Shown: positions 47,865 to 60,302, counted from the stretch's first letter. The stretch is DNA of 64,000 nt from Dehalococcoidia bacterium (GCA_965248975.1 CBDFKU010000017.1:27236-91235); one strand, 5' to 3'. The notes: generated from the sequence alone by a model not told the origin. A program made the numbers and translations.

Positions 47865-48419
47865 ATGTGGGCCGATGGTATGGAAGGAGACAGCGAGTTG
47901 TCCGAATTAGCCTTTATAAAGGAGTCCTTGAAGGAGCTTCACGGTGCCCTGGACGAAGCTTTGGCCGGACTATCCCAGGAAGAGGCCCACTGGAGACCCG
48001 GCAACAAGGGCAATCACATCGCCTTCGTGGCCTGGCACTACACCCGGAGTGTGGACAACCTCGCGCGCTTCGTGCTACAGCGTAAGCCGACCATATGGAT
48101 GGAGGGCAAGTGGGACGAGAGGTTCGGCCTGGACTCCAAGATACAAGGTACGGGTATGGCGCCCGAAGAGGCAGCGGCCCTGAGGGTACCGGACATACCC
48201 GCCTTCTGCGAATATATGAAACTTGTCTGGCCGGAAGCCCGGGCGTATCTCGACACCGTCGCCGAGGCTGACCTGGGGCAGAAGATGACGATCAGGCCGC
48301 TGGGCGAGGTCACTCTGGAGCAGGTGCTGGGGAACACCATGCTGACCCATGGGTACACCCATCTGGGAGAAATCTGGGCCCTCAAGGGGTTCCAGGGACT
48401 GAGGGCCAGCCCGATCTGA
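47865..48419 (+). CDS. DinB-family (four-helix-bundle metal-binding) protein
   Basis: ..HWRPGNKGNHIAFVAWHYTRSVD.. and a C-terminal ..LTHGYTHLGEI give the histidine triad pattern. Confidence 0.65.
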   Translation: MWADGMEGDSELSELAFIKESLKELHGALDEALAGLSQEEAHWRPGNKGNHIAFVAWHYTRSVDNLARFVLQRKPTIWMEGKWDERFGLDSKIQGTGMAPEEAAALRVPDIPAFCEYMKLVWPEARAYLDTVAEADLGQKMTIRPLGEVTLEQVLGNTMLTHGYTHLGEIWALKGFQGLRASPI

Positions 48420-48441
48420 TCCTACAGGCCTCTGCTCAACT

Positions 48442-49020
48442 TTACGGAGTCGCGGCTAGCTGGGATGCTTCTACGCCGGTCAGCGTGGCCACCACCTGGT
48501 CCAGCAGCTCTTCAGCCCGGCGTCTTATAGCCTCCCTGGGGAGGCCGCCCACGGGGTGGCTGGTGTATATCACCGGGTAGTCGGGGGCTCCCCACATGTT
48601 TGCCATGGCCGTGGCCGTGATCTTGAAGGGGTCGGTGCAGATCGTAGCCGATGGGATGCCCGCCTTCTCCAGATGGATGCCGTCGTGCACACTGCACGCG
48701 CTGCAGGACCCTCAATCGCCTATGGCGACGATGGCGTAGTCGCAGTCCCTTCCCATGTGGGCCACGGCCTCCGGGTCGGCCGGTTTCGAGGCCGAAGGCT
48801 TGCGGTGATACATCACCTCGGCCACGCCGAACCTGACCTTCAAAAGGTCAGCCAACTCCTCCAGGAGCTCCTTTCCGTTGGGCTTGCTGTCGTCGATGAG
48901 GCCCACCCGTTTGCCCCTGAGGTCCACCAGCCTGGGCGCGCCGGTAAAGCTGGCCGCCGTGGGCCGGGTAACCGGGTCCACCAGTACGTACCGTTTACGA
49001 GTGTCCAGTGCCATCTGCAA
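48442..49020 (-). CDS. UGSC-type selenoprotein (in-frame UGA read as Sec at 48712-48714)
   Basis: ORFs 48712-49020 and 48442-48690 are in the same frame and separated only by TGA. The context is ..YAIVAIGD-U-GSCSACSVHDGIHLEKAGIP... Stem-loops lie directly 3' of the UGA. A Sec-containing selD is present in this window. Confidence 0.65.
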
Positions 49021-49050
49021 CCTCCTTTTCGGATCGGGACGCCGGTTCGG

Positions 49051-50124
49051 CTAGGGGTTGACCTGTCTGATAACCTTTGTCACCGCGGTCGAGGAGACCC
49101 TGGGTCCCCAGCTGGGGATCAGGGAGCACGCCGGGTTTTCCGGGCCACCGGCGAATATTACCATGATCTGGTCGGGGGACGGGATTAGCTGTACGAAGCT
49201 CGATTCGTCCTGGGGCTCCACCTGTCCCGGTATCACCTCCACCCGCTTCAGGTCGGCGACGGACCGGCGTATCCTGGGAAACAGGTACTGGCGGACGTCT
49301 TCCTTGCTCCATCCGTCCCAGATGTCGCTGGTCCCGGCCACCACCACCGCGATCTCTCCCTGCCTCACCAGCGTGGAGGTGTCGCCGATGGACCCCGAGT
49401 TGGCCATGGAGGTGCCCAGGCTCGAGGCCGCATCGGCCACGCCGTTCAGCACGATCTCGGGCACGCTGGCCATCCTGACCTGCCGGGGCCCGTCGCAGGC
49501 GAAAACCGTGACGGTGCTCTGGTTCCGGGAGAAGCCCCTTTCGACGTGCAGGGGATTCCAATGGGTCTGGGTCTCGTTCTCGGCGATGCAGAAGCTGAAC
49601 TTGCCCGGATGCCCAAGCATGCTGCGGTCGAAGAGCCCGGGTATGGCGGCGCAGGCGTTCATCAAAATGAGCCGGATCTACCTGCCGATGGTGGAGTTGG
49701 CGCGGTTCCCCGGGCCGAACAGGTTGTTGCGGCAGTTGATGTCCAACTCCCTGACCACCGGGCCGTTGACGATGACCAGGATACCCGCCCCGCCGAGGCT
49801 GGATGAGGGGCCCATCAGGTTGAAAGCGGGGTCCAGCATCGCTTCGGTGGCCGCCAGGACCACCGGAAAGTGCTGGGGTAGGCAACCGGCCATCACGGCG
49901 TTGGCGGCTACCTTCCCCGCCGTCACCTCCCTGCGTCGCTCGGCCAGGGAGCCCAACAGCTCGTCGGGTGGACGTCCGGCATAGTCCAGGAACTGCTGTA
50001 CTCGCTCGATCGTGGGAGGCACCACCGGGAGGCCGTCGGTCCAACCCAACTCATAGCACTTCTCGATGGCCTCAACCGCGTCGCCCCACTCTGCCTGGAC
50101 CGTGTCCTTGAGTTCGGTGGTCAT
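49051..50124 (-). pseudogene. Conserved-looking hypothetical protein interrupted by an in-frame TAG (49678-49680)
   Basis: ORFs 49678-50124 and 49051-49665 share a frame: ..GNRANSTIGR-TAG-IRLILMNACAAIPG... It lies upstream of the UGSC gene on the same strand, with a 30-nt gap. Confidence 0.5.
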
Positions 50125-50220
50125 GGCTCCTCCCTGGAAGGGTCTCGATTTGAGGGTACGCTGGCATACGCCAGGAGCTCAGTCAACAAAGGTCATCCGA
50201 GGGGAATATAAAAGATGGGC

Positions 50221-50877
50221 TCAGTTGCGGCGTTCCCAAATGGTAAAGAAGTTGGGCGACTGGTCTTCCAGCGCCTCACGCAGCTCCTGCTGGTCGATGC
50301 GTTTAACGACCTCACGCTCCTGGGCCATCAATCCGTGGAGCTTATCGGAGCACTCCTGTACGAAAGCGGGTTCCGCGCCCTCTCCCAGCAGGTGCTTGAA
50401 GGCCAGGGCGACCTGTTGAGAGTCCATGGACAGGGCCGCCCCGCTGATGATGAACACGGCTACCGTTGGGAACTCGTCGCTCTCCTTCTCGGTATGCCCG
50501 AGGGTGTCCATGATGGAAATCATGCCGGCCTCTCTAACCAACTCCTCTACCCTGAGGGGGAGGTCCAGTAAGTGGGCGAAGAGGTGGGCGTTGGGCTCTC
50601 GGAGCGTCTTGCTGAAACCTTGCTCGATCTGTTGGAAGAAAGGGCCGCCGAAGGTCTCGAACGTGTTCAACAGCTCAAGACGTGGAGCTCCCCAACGGAG
50701 ATCAACTGCCAGAAACTCCTGCAGGTGAGGGAAAATACAGAGGCTGATGTCGGTGTGCTCGGGGCTCTCCTGCCCCAGGTTGAATAGCTCTTCCATCCAC
50801 GTGCTCTCTACCGGAGTGCCCCGGTGTCCCGCGAAAGGCGGGGCGTATTTTCCTACCGTGCGAAACCTGCTCCACAA
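50221..50877 (-). CDS. Hypothetical protein
   Basis: 218-aa ORF with coding-like composition. I recognise no motif. The start is uncertain. Confidence 0.35.
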   Translation of the reverse strand: MWSRFRTVGKYAPPFAGHRGTPVESTWMEELFNLGQESPEHTDISLCIFPHLQEFLAVDLRWGAPRLELLNTFETFGGPFFQQIEQGFSKTLREPNAHLFAHLLDLPLRVEELVREAGMISIMDTLGHTEKESDEFPTVAVFIISGAALSMDSQQVALAFKHLLGEGAEPAFVQECSDKLHGLMAQEREVVKRIDQQELREALEDQSPNFFTIWERRN

Positions 50878-50966
50878 TCGATTGTACCATAGGTGATATA
50901 CTGCTCAAAGGTGAACGAGCAAGCTATTCCAACGGCTCGGGCTTGTATTGTGGAACGGGGAGGGAG

Positions 50967-51773
50967 ATGGCGAGGGGTCCTTTGAGGGATAATTTCGGAG
51001 AGGTCGCGGCCCTTCTTCGGCGAGGGAACGCCGGGCTAATGCTGGACCTTGACGGCACCATCTCCGAGATCGTGCCCGACCCAGATGGCGCCACAGTTGG
51101 GCCGTCCGTTAAGGAGTCCCTCGCTGAGCTGAACCGGAGGCTAGCCCTGGTGGCCATCGTAACGGGCCGGCCGGCCCGGCAGGCGTTGGGAATCGTAAGC
51201 CTGCCCGAGCTCAGCTACGTGGGGAACCACGGCCTGGAACGGCTGGAGGAGGGCGCGCTCACCGTAGCCGAAGAGGCCCGGATCCACGAGCCTTTGTTGA
51301 GCGGCTTGATCGAGCGTTTGCGGAGCCGGTTCTCAGGCGTGCGGGGGCTCATGTTCGAGGAGAAGGGGGGCTCCTTCGCCGTCCATTACCGCCTGGCGGA
51401 TGACCACGAGGCGGCCCGCGACGACGTGCTGCAGGCCGTCGATAAGATGGCGGGCGGGCGGGTGAAGGTCCTCATGGGTAAGACAGTAATCAACGTCCTT
51501 CCGCCCATCGAGCTGACGAAGGGAACGGCCGTCGCCTCTCTGGCGAAGGAGTACGGGCTTGCCGGGGCGATCCTCGTAGGGGACGATGTCACCGACGTAG
51601 ACCTGTTTCGCGGGGCCCGGCGTCTTTCGCGAGATGGAAACCTGGACAGCATATGTGTCGCCGTGGTCGGGTCAGACTCTCCCGCCGATCTGGAGGACGA
51701 GGCGGACTTCACCCTTTCCAGCGTGACCCAAGTGGAGGAGTTCCTGGGCTGGATGGTGGAGCAGACCGGCTAG
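50967..51773 (+). CDS. otsB: Trehalose-6-phosphate phosphatase (HAD)
   Basis: LMLDLDGTISEIV (HAD motif I), ..IVTGR.., and GDDVTD (motif IV). It is adjacent and convergent to otsA. Confidence 0.8.
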   Translation: MARGPLRDNFGEVAALLRRGNAGLMLDLDGTISEIVPDPDGATVGPSVKESLAELNRRLALVAIVTGRPARQALGIVSLPELSYVGNHGLERLEEGALTVAEEARIHEPLLSGLIERLRSRFSGVRGLMFEEKGGSFAVHYRLADDHEAARDDVLQAVDKMAGGRVKVLMGKTVINVLPPIELTKGTAVASLAKEYGLAGAILVGDDVTDVDLFRGARRLSRDGNLDSICVAVVGSDSPADLEDEADFTLSSVTQVEEFLGWMVEQTG

Positions 51774-53296
51774 GTCAGCTCCTTGATATCCTTCAGCTGA
51801 GAGGAGATCCAGTGGGTTATGTCCTCCACCTCCATAACCTCCGTCAGCTTAGCGGCCCGTTGCTCTCTCTCGTCAGCGCTCATGGTGATGGCCTGATACA
51901 TCGCCTGCATGGTGCCCTCGATGTCCGCGGGTGATACCGCCAACGCCCCGGCGGAAAGCTGCTTGAAAGCGCCGGTGGTCTCCGACAGGATCAGCACTCC
52001 TCCCACGTTGTTCACCACCGGCCCCTCTTTGGCCACGAGGTTCATCCCGTCGATGACAGAGTTCACCAGCATCACGTCGTACAGTTTCATCCCGGCGATA
52101 GCCTGGGTGTAATTGTTCTCGATGAACGTGGTTACCGGCACCCAACTCTCGTTGCCGTACGAGGAGTTTATCTCCTGGATTACCTGCAGGATCTCGTCCA
52201 TGTACCTCTGGTACTGTCTGATGTGGGTTCTTGACGGTACCAGGAAGGCCAGGAAGTTGACCTTTTCTCTGAGCTCGGGGTACCGGGAGAGAAGCAGCCC
52301 GAAAGCCTTGAACCCCCTGACCACGTTCTTGCTGGGCTCTGCACGGTCCACCCTGACGATGGTGTTTTCGTTGCACAGGTCCTTGAGCTTCTTCTCGTAG
52401 TCCAGGGCTCGGGGTGAGCTGGCTATGCGCCTGATCTCTTCGACGTTGATGGAGATGGGATAGGCCCTCACCCTGGTCCGTCGCCCCTGATGAGAGACCT
52501 CCCTGGCCCGGTAGTCTATCTCGCAGTCAGGAAGGAACTCTTCGCAGGTATTGAGGAAGTTGCGCACGTCGTGGTCTGTCTGGAACCCCACGATGTCGGA
52601 GGAGCACAAGCCCTTGCAGATGCCCTGAATCATGTAGGAAGGGAGGAGCTGCCAGTACCTGGGAGTGGGCCAGGGTATGTGAGTGAAGTGGTGGATGGTG
52701 GCATCGGGCTGGTGCTCTCGAACGTACTCCGGCGCCAGATACAAATGGTAGTCGTGGAGCATGACGATGGCAGGATTGGGGCTTTTCGCCGCCTCGTCCA
52801 GGATCGCCTTGGCGAAGGCTTTGTTGACCTCCACGTACCCGTCATGCCATGCGTCGTGGACGGCGGCGTCCAGGTTGGGGTTGTAGGGAGAGTTCCACAT
52901 GTAGTGCTGCAGGAACCAGAGGAGGGGGTTGCAGAAGACGTTGTAGTACTTGTGGTAGACCCGGCGAGGGGTTGTAACGAATCGAAGAGAGATGCGGTGG
53001 CCGGGCAGCGGTGAGGGAATGCTCTCGCCTCCGCTGCTTTCCCAAGCCTTCCGATCCCCTTCACCGATGGCGCTGGCGACCCATGTGAATCCCACCATCT
53101 GGGCCAGGGAACTCAGCGCTGTGACGACTCCGCCGCTTCCCCTACGTGCTTCGGTCCGGCCGTCCGGGGACACGTGGTGCTCTACCGGGCCGCGGTTGCT
53201 GGCGAGGATGAGGCTTCTGTCGGACAGGAGGGTATCGCAGAGGTCCCTCAGTCGAGCCCAGCGCGCCTCCCTCGTCTCTGTCGCCATCTCGTCCAT
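51770..53296 (-). CDS. otsA: Alpha,alpha-trehalose-phosphate synthase (GT20)
   Basis: LILASNRGPVEH..WFLQHYMWN..MLHDYHLYL..FTHIPWP..DGMNLVAKE. Confidence 0.9.
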   Translation of the reverse strand: MDEMATETREARWARLRDLCDTLLSDRSLILASNRGPVEHHVSPDGRTEARRGSGGVVTALSSLAQMVGFTWVASAIGEGDRKAWESSGGESIPSPLPGHRISLRFVTTPRRVYHKYYNVFCNPLLWFLQHYMWNSPYNPNLDAAVHDAWHDGYVEVNKAFAKAILDEAAKSPNPAIVMLHDYHLYLAPEYVREHQPDATIHHFTHIPWPTPRYWQLLPSYMIQGICKGLCSSDIVGFQTDHDVRNFLNTCEEFLPDCEIDYRAREVSHQGRRTRVRAYPISINVEEIRRIASSPRALDYEKKLKDLCNENTIVRVDRAEPSKNVVRGFKAFGLLLSRYPELREKVNFLAFLVPSRTHIRQYQRYMDEILQVIQEINSSYGNESWVPVTTFIENNYTQAIAGMKLYDVMLVNSVIDGMNLVAKEGPVVNNVGGVLILSETTGAFKQLSAGALAVSPADIEGTMQAMYQAITMSADEREQRAAKLTEVMEVEDITHWISSQLKDIKELT

Positions 53297-53451
53297 ACCG
53301 GGCTAGGGCCGCCTCACAACCCCTTGGCTGGCAAACCTAGCCGGCCCTCCGATCCCGGTCGCCCCTTGGGGCACACTACAGGCATTTTATCAGCGCCTTA
53401 GGTCCGACATTAGCATTTCTTAAATGGGCTGTCAAGCTGAGCCGGAGCCCT

Positions 53452-54993
53452 TTACTGGGCCCGGGCCACACGCTTCCTGAGGGGGACTCCCAGTGCAACC
53501 AGGAACATGACGCTTTTGCCCTGGGCGTGGGGCGAAAAGAACTCTGTCACATCGTCGTCGAAGAAGGTGAGCCCCGTCGCGCCCAGCCTCTGGGCGTTGG
53601 CCGCCAGGTACAGCTTTCCCCCGATGATGCCCGCTTCTAGCTGGACGGCCCGGTAGCCACGGTTGCCGTACCTTGCGAGGATGCTATGCAGGTCGACGAG
53701 GAAGAAGACGTCGATGCTGGCGTCGGCCGGCAGGGCCTGTTGAAGTCCCAGGTAGCCCGCGACGCTGCGGAACTCGCCCTCCTCCAGCAGCTCCAGGGCG
53801 TCCCTGTCCCGGTGGAACACGTAGGACCCCGCAGGCAAACCGTCCACCGCATGTACGATCAGGTACAGGTGGTTCAGGCCCGTGCCGTCGGTGTCCAGAA
53901 AGTCGGCGGGAATGCCCCTGGTAGACCACGCCAGCAGGTTGGAGAGCTGAGAAAAGGCGATGGAGTGGCGGACGAACTGGCGGGTGGAACCGCGTCGCAC
54001 GATCACCGGCTCGATGGGCTCCGGGACGCCGTCATCGGGCCGCAACGGGAACAGACGCCCGGTGGGCTCGGGCAACGGCAAAGGGGGAGGTCGCCCGTGC
54101 CAGTCTGACGTTTCTTCCTCGCCAGAAAGGGAAGAGGCTGCGTGCATCGCCCTGATGGCCGGGTAGTCCACCTCCTCACGGGACAGCCGTTGGGTCCGGA
54201 GTGAGATCGCCGGCACTTCGGGCGAGGTCTCAACCCGTGTACCGGGGACGTGGCCTAGTGGGACCAGGCACAGGGCAACTTCCTTCTCGGTGTCCAGGCC
54301 GAGGAGGAGGTTGACGGGTTCATCGACGAAGCCGGCCACAACACTCGAGGGGACCCCAAGTGCCGTCGAAATCGCCAGAAGGTTGGCCAGAATAGTTCCC
54401 GTGTCCCAGAAACAGTGACGATAGGTCCGGTCGCGGTACTTCCACGAGTTGCGCCAGTAGGTCCCGGTACACACCACCACGGCCGGGGCTTCGGCCAGGG
54501 AAGCGTCGCCTCCGCTGGCCCGCAGAAGAGAGTCCCGGTAGTCGCCTTGGCGCAACCTGGTCAGGACAAAGTCGCGGACCCCGAAGTGGTATACTCCCGC
54601 CTCCAAGCCCGGTAAGTCACCGCACACCAGGTAGAGCTCGATGTGGTAAAGGGCCCCGGTGCAGGCCGCCGCCCGGAACAGGATCTCCATTCCAGGGTAC
54701 TTTCCCCGCTTGGTGATGCCGGCGGAGTGGTGGAAGATGCTGGCCAATGTGGCCGAATCGAGGGACCGCACGCCGTCGACGCTTGGGCTCCCACCGGAAA
54801 CGGCGCTCAGGGCCGGCATCTCCGACGATGGGAAATCACGCGGTAGCGGGATAGGCTCCAGGTCGGTGTATAGCTTGAAGGGGATGGGCTGGTTGCCGAA
54901 GTCCATGTAATGGGGGTCGTTGTGGACGCTCCAGAGGGAGTGCTTGGTCTCGTCGTGGTACGCCCAGGTGGCCTCTATGTCCCGGTTGTTCAT
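53452..54993 (-). CDS. SagB/ThcOx-type nitroreductase-fold protein (two domains)
   Basis: AYHDETKHS near the N-terminus, two nitroreductase-like halves, and a C-terminal ..YRAVQLEAGIIGGKLYL.. block. Confidence 0.65.
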   Translation of the reverse strand: MNNRDIEATWAYHDETKHSLWSVHNDPHYMDFGNQPIPFKLYTDLEPIPLPRDFPSSEMPALSAVSGGSPSVDGVRSLDSATLASIFHHSAGITKRGKYPGMEILFRAAACTGALYHIELYLVCGDLPGLEAGVYHFGVRDFVLTRLRQGDYRDSLLRASGGDASLAEAPAVVVCTGTYWRNSWKYRDRTYRHCFWDTGTILANLLAISTALGVPSSVVAGFVDEPVNLLLGLDTEKEVALCLVPLGHVPGTRVETSPEVPAISLRTQRLSREEVDYPAIRAMHAASSLSGEEETSDWHGRPPPLPLPEPTGRLFPLRPDDGVPEPIEPVIVRRGSTRQFVRHSIAFSQLSNLLAWSTRGIPADFLDTDGTGLNHLYLIVHAVDGLPAGSYVFHRDRDALELLEEGEFRSVAGYLGLQQALPADASIDVFFLVDLHSILARYGNRGYRAVQLEAGIIGGKLYLAANAQRLGATGLTFFDDDVTEFFSPHAQGKSVMFLVALGVPLRKRVARAQ

Positions 54994-55234
54994 CGCAGCT
55001 CCCCGATGGGATGGCGTCCGATGGCCCGGTGCCATCGGTCTGGCCCGAAGGTTCCCGGATTATAGCATACGTAAAGGAGATCCTCGTCTTCGCGTAGCGT
55101 CTAGCCCGGAGGGAGGTAGACTGGCTGACGCCAGGATTCTGACGGGCGATGGCCTGTCTCTCGTTTCTCAGAGGTACGGATGAGGTCCCATGGCCTTTCG
55201 ATTATCTTTACTAGGCGGGAGTCTAACGCTCGTG

Positions 55235-55276
55235 GTGAGCTAGTCGAACTATGGGGGCGCCCTTCGACAAGCTCAG
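55235..55276. repeat. REP-like imperfect palindrome
   Basis: GTGAGCTAGTCGAA (55235-55248) pairs with TTCGACAAGCTCAG (55263-55276), 12 of 14 complementary, around a GGGGGCGCCC loop. Confidence 0.4.
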
Positions 55277-55351
55277 GGCGAACGGGAAATAGCTATCCCG
55301 GAACAAAAATCGACTGTCCCGGATGAGGTTCATATGAGGTCCCTGAGACCC

Positions 55352-55380
55352 TTGACGGAGGGTTGGTGACCTACTATAAT
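55352..55380 (+). promoter_or_regulatory. Near-consensus sigma70-type promoter of the 23S rRNA transcription unit
   Basis: TTGACG (55352-55357), 17-nt spacer, TATAAT (55375-55380), ~155 nt upstream of the mature 23S 5' end. Confidence 0.6.
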
Positions 55381-55535
55381 GTTGATTCTGGAGTAGCGGT
55401 ACTCAAAATATGGCAAATATCTGAGATATAAAATTAGCTGGGACACCTTGAGCGGCGGCTTGGGGAAACCCCAGCCGCCGCTACGCACGTTAAAAAGAGA
55501 ATAGGGAAATAGTAAGTTTCGGAAGTTTTAGCGTG

Positions 55536-58598
<3,063 letters not shown>

Positions 58599-58642
58599 AC
58601 GCTAAAAACTCCGAAACACAACTTCCCTGTTCTCTGATTCGC

Positions 58643-58717
58643 CGCGGGGTGGAGCAGTGGCAGCTCGTCGGGCTCATAACCCGAAGGTCGTTGGTTCGAG
58701 TCCAACCCCCGCTACCA
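58643..58717 (+). tRNA. Initiator tRNA-fMet (anticodon CAU), with encoded CCA
   Basis: CGCGGGGTGGAGCAGTGGCAGCTCGTCGGGCTCATAACCCGAAGGTCGTTGGTTCGAGTCCAACCCCCGCTACCA. It has the C1:U72 mismatch and three G-C pairs closing the anticodon stem. Confidence 0.9.
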
Positions 58718-58730
58718 ATAACCCTAGCTG

Positions 58731-58766
58731 AAAAGGCCCCTGGAACCTTCTAGGGGCCTTTTCATT
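58731..58766 (+). terminator. Rho-independent terminator ending the 23S-tRNA unit
   Basis: AAAAGGCCCCT(loop)AGGGGCCTTTT followed by CATTT. Confidence 0.7.
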
Positions 58767-58942
58767 TAACGGTACACACGGACCCTTGGCAGGAATCGGT
58801 TCGCGCCCACCCTCTATAAATCTGCTAGCTTCCCGGTGCTGCCGACCCACCGAACACGTAGGCCGAGCCCGTATCCGGGAAGAACACCGCCACTTGAGTC
58901 TTTCCCGCTTCCGGTGGGGTGCTCAGAGTCTCGACCTCCGTC

Positions 58943-58977
58943 CAACGACCTCTGATCCCATGGATCAGAGGTCGTTG
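58943..58977. repeat. Perfect 16-bp-stem hairpin
   Basis: CAACGACCTCTGATCC-CAT-GGATCAGAGGTCGTTG. Confidence 0.6.
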
Positions 58978-59059
58978 AGTGGCCCGGCAGCATCCTGGTT
59001 GGCTTCGCTGAACTTCACAAACGAGACCAACGGCGAAGGTGACGCCGTACCCTTCGCCC

Positions 59060-59917
59060 GCCTGACGGTGGCCTCCACCTTCCATCTGAGCGTGTTCACT
59101 GCCGGAGACGGCACCGGGACTGTGACCAGCGCCCCGGTAGGCGTCGAGTGCGGCGACGATTGTGGAGGGGACTGCGAGAACGGCACCCTAGTCGGTCTTG
59201 CGCCATTGGCCGACGAGGACTCCTACTTCGCCGGCTGGAGGGGCGCTTGCTCGGGGACGGCTGACTGCCGGGTGCCATGGACAGCGATCGTTCGGTGGTG
59301 GCCACCTTCGAGCTCCAGATCGCCGAGATGGTCGCCGGGATAGTCCCGACACCGGCGGAACCCTGAGCACCGGCGAAGAAGACCCCATCGAGGCCACGTT
59401 GAAAGTGCTCCCCGAGGCGGTCAGTGAGGACACGAGGATATCGGTAGCCGTCTTCAGGATCGGCGCCCCATCGTTGCCTCTCCTCCGAGAGGACGCCGAC
59501 TTCCTTTCCCGAGTCTTCGACTTCGGCCCCGACGGCCTCCAGTTCAAGATCCCGGCGACCATGGTGGTCAGCTACACCGACGCCGAGGCGGCGGACAGGG
59601 ATGAGAACAACCTGCGGCCCCTGGTTTTCAACGGCTCCACCGGTGAATGGGATAGGTTGCAGGTACTCACCAGGGACGTCGACAACAACACTATTACCTT
59701 CGAGGTCGCGGGCTTCAGCCTGTTCGCCCTGGGTGTCCTGCCACCGACGGCTGCCTGTGCCGCCGACGTAGATCAGAACGGGATCGTGGACGGTGAAGAC
59801 CTACGGCTAATTGCGGCCGCCCTTGGGGCATTCGAGCCCGACCTGACCGGTGAGGGCGTGGTCGATGTCTTGGACCTGGCGATAATGGGCAGATTCTTCG
59901 GGGAGGTCTGCGCTTAA
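59060..59917 (+). pseudogene. Remnant of a secreted repeat-domain protein with a C-terminal dockerin-like module. The reading frame changes twice
   Basis: ..LSVFTAGDGTGTVTSAPVGVECGDDCGGDCENGTLVGLAPLADEDSYFAGWRGACSGTADCRV in frame a. MDSDRSVVATFE in the next frame (ATG 59277). From ~59340 a third frame ends DVDQNGIVDGEDLRLIAAALG..DLTGEGVVDVLDLAIMGRFFG. No signal peptide or N-terminus is present. Confidence 0.5.
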
Positions 59918-59993
59918 GGGAAACATGGAGGGCAGGACGTGAAGCTGGCTCACGCTGGTTTGTACAAGGTGCCGGCACCTTCCGGAAAGCGGT

Positions 59994-60023
59994 TTGACAC
60001 CCAGGTAAAAATGTTGTTAATAT
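59994..60023 (+). promoter_or_regulatory. Sigma70-like promoter
   Basis: TTGACA (59994-59999), 18-nt spacer, TAATAT (60018-60023). Confidence 0.3.
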
Positions 60024-60104
60024 TAGGCTACAATGGCATAAGACCCTCATCCGTAGGTATGAAAAAGGTAAGAAGCGGGTGAGAGAAGGGCAAGAGCCGG
60101 CGAT

Positions 60105-60206
60105 ATGTACGAAGGCCTCGGAGAATGGATCAAGTTGATGGTGATGGGTCTGGGGGGATCGGGCGCCATCCTCACCATGGGGCTGGTCATCGCGCTCTTC
60201 AACTAA
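60105..60206 (+). CDS. 33-aa single-helix membrane mini-protein (candidate)
   Basis: MYEGLGEWIKLMVMGLGGSGAILTMGLVIALFN. It is followed by a strong terminator and is below the ORF-track cut-off. Confidence 0.3.
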   Translation: MYEGLGEWIKLMVMGLGGSGAILTMGLVIALFN

Positions 60207-60231
60207 ACGCTACCGCTTAAATAGCTGCCAA

Positions 60232-60272
60232 AAGAAGAATCCCCTGGCTACGTGCCAGGGGATTCTTCTTTC
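60232..60272. terminator. Bidirectional terminator hairpin
   Basis: AAGAAGAATCCCCTGG(CTACGTG)CCAGGGGATTCTTCTT, with A-rich and T-rich flanks on either side. Confidence 0.65.
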
Positions 60273-60302
60273 CTGAGCCTCTCGAGGGTGACGGACCAGT
60301 GG

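Noticed and set aside
48995-50044. The 349-aa ORF on the reverse strand overlapping 49051-50124 in another frame.
   Set aside because: Its translation is Arg/Gly/Pro-rich (MDRRPPGGASHDRAS..) and typical of an off-frame artefact. The alternative frame gives protein-like sequence with conserved-looking blocks.
58800-58930. A possible 5S rRNA after the tRNA, because the string CCGAACACG is present.
   Set aside because: Only about 9 nt match the conserved loop C region. The flanking helices and the GAUGGUA/GAGAGUAGG blocks are absent, the ends are not complementary, and the region lies after a strong terminator.
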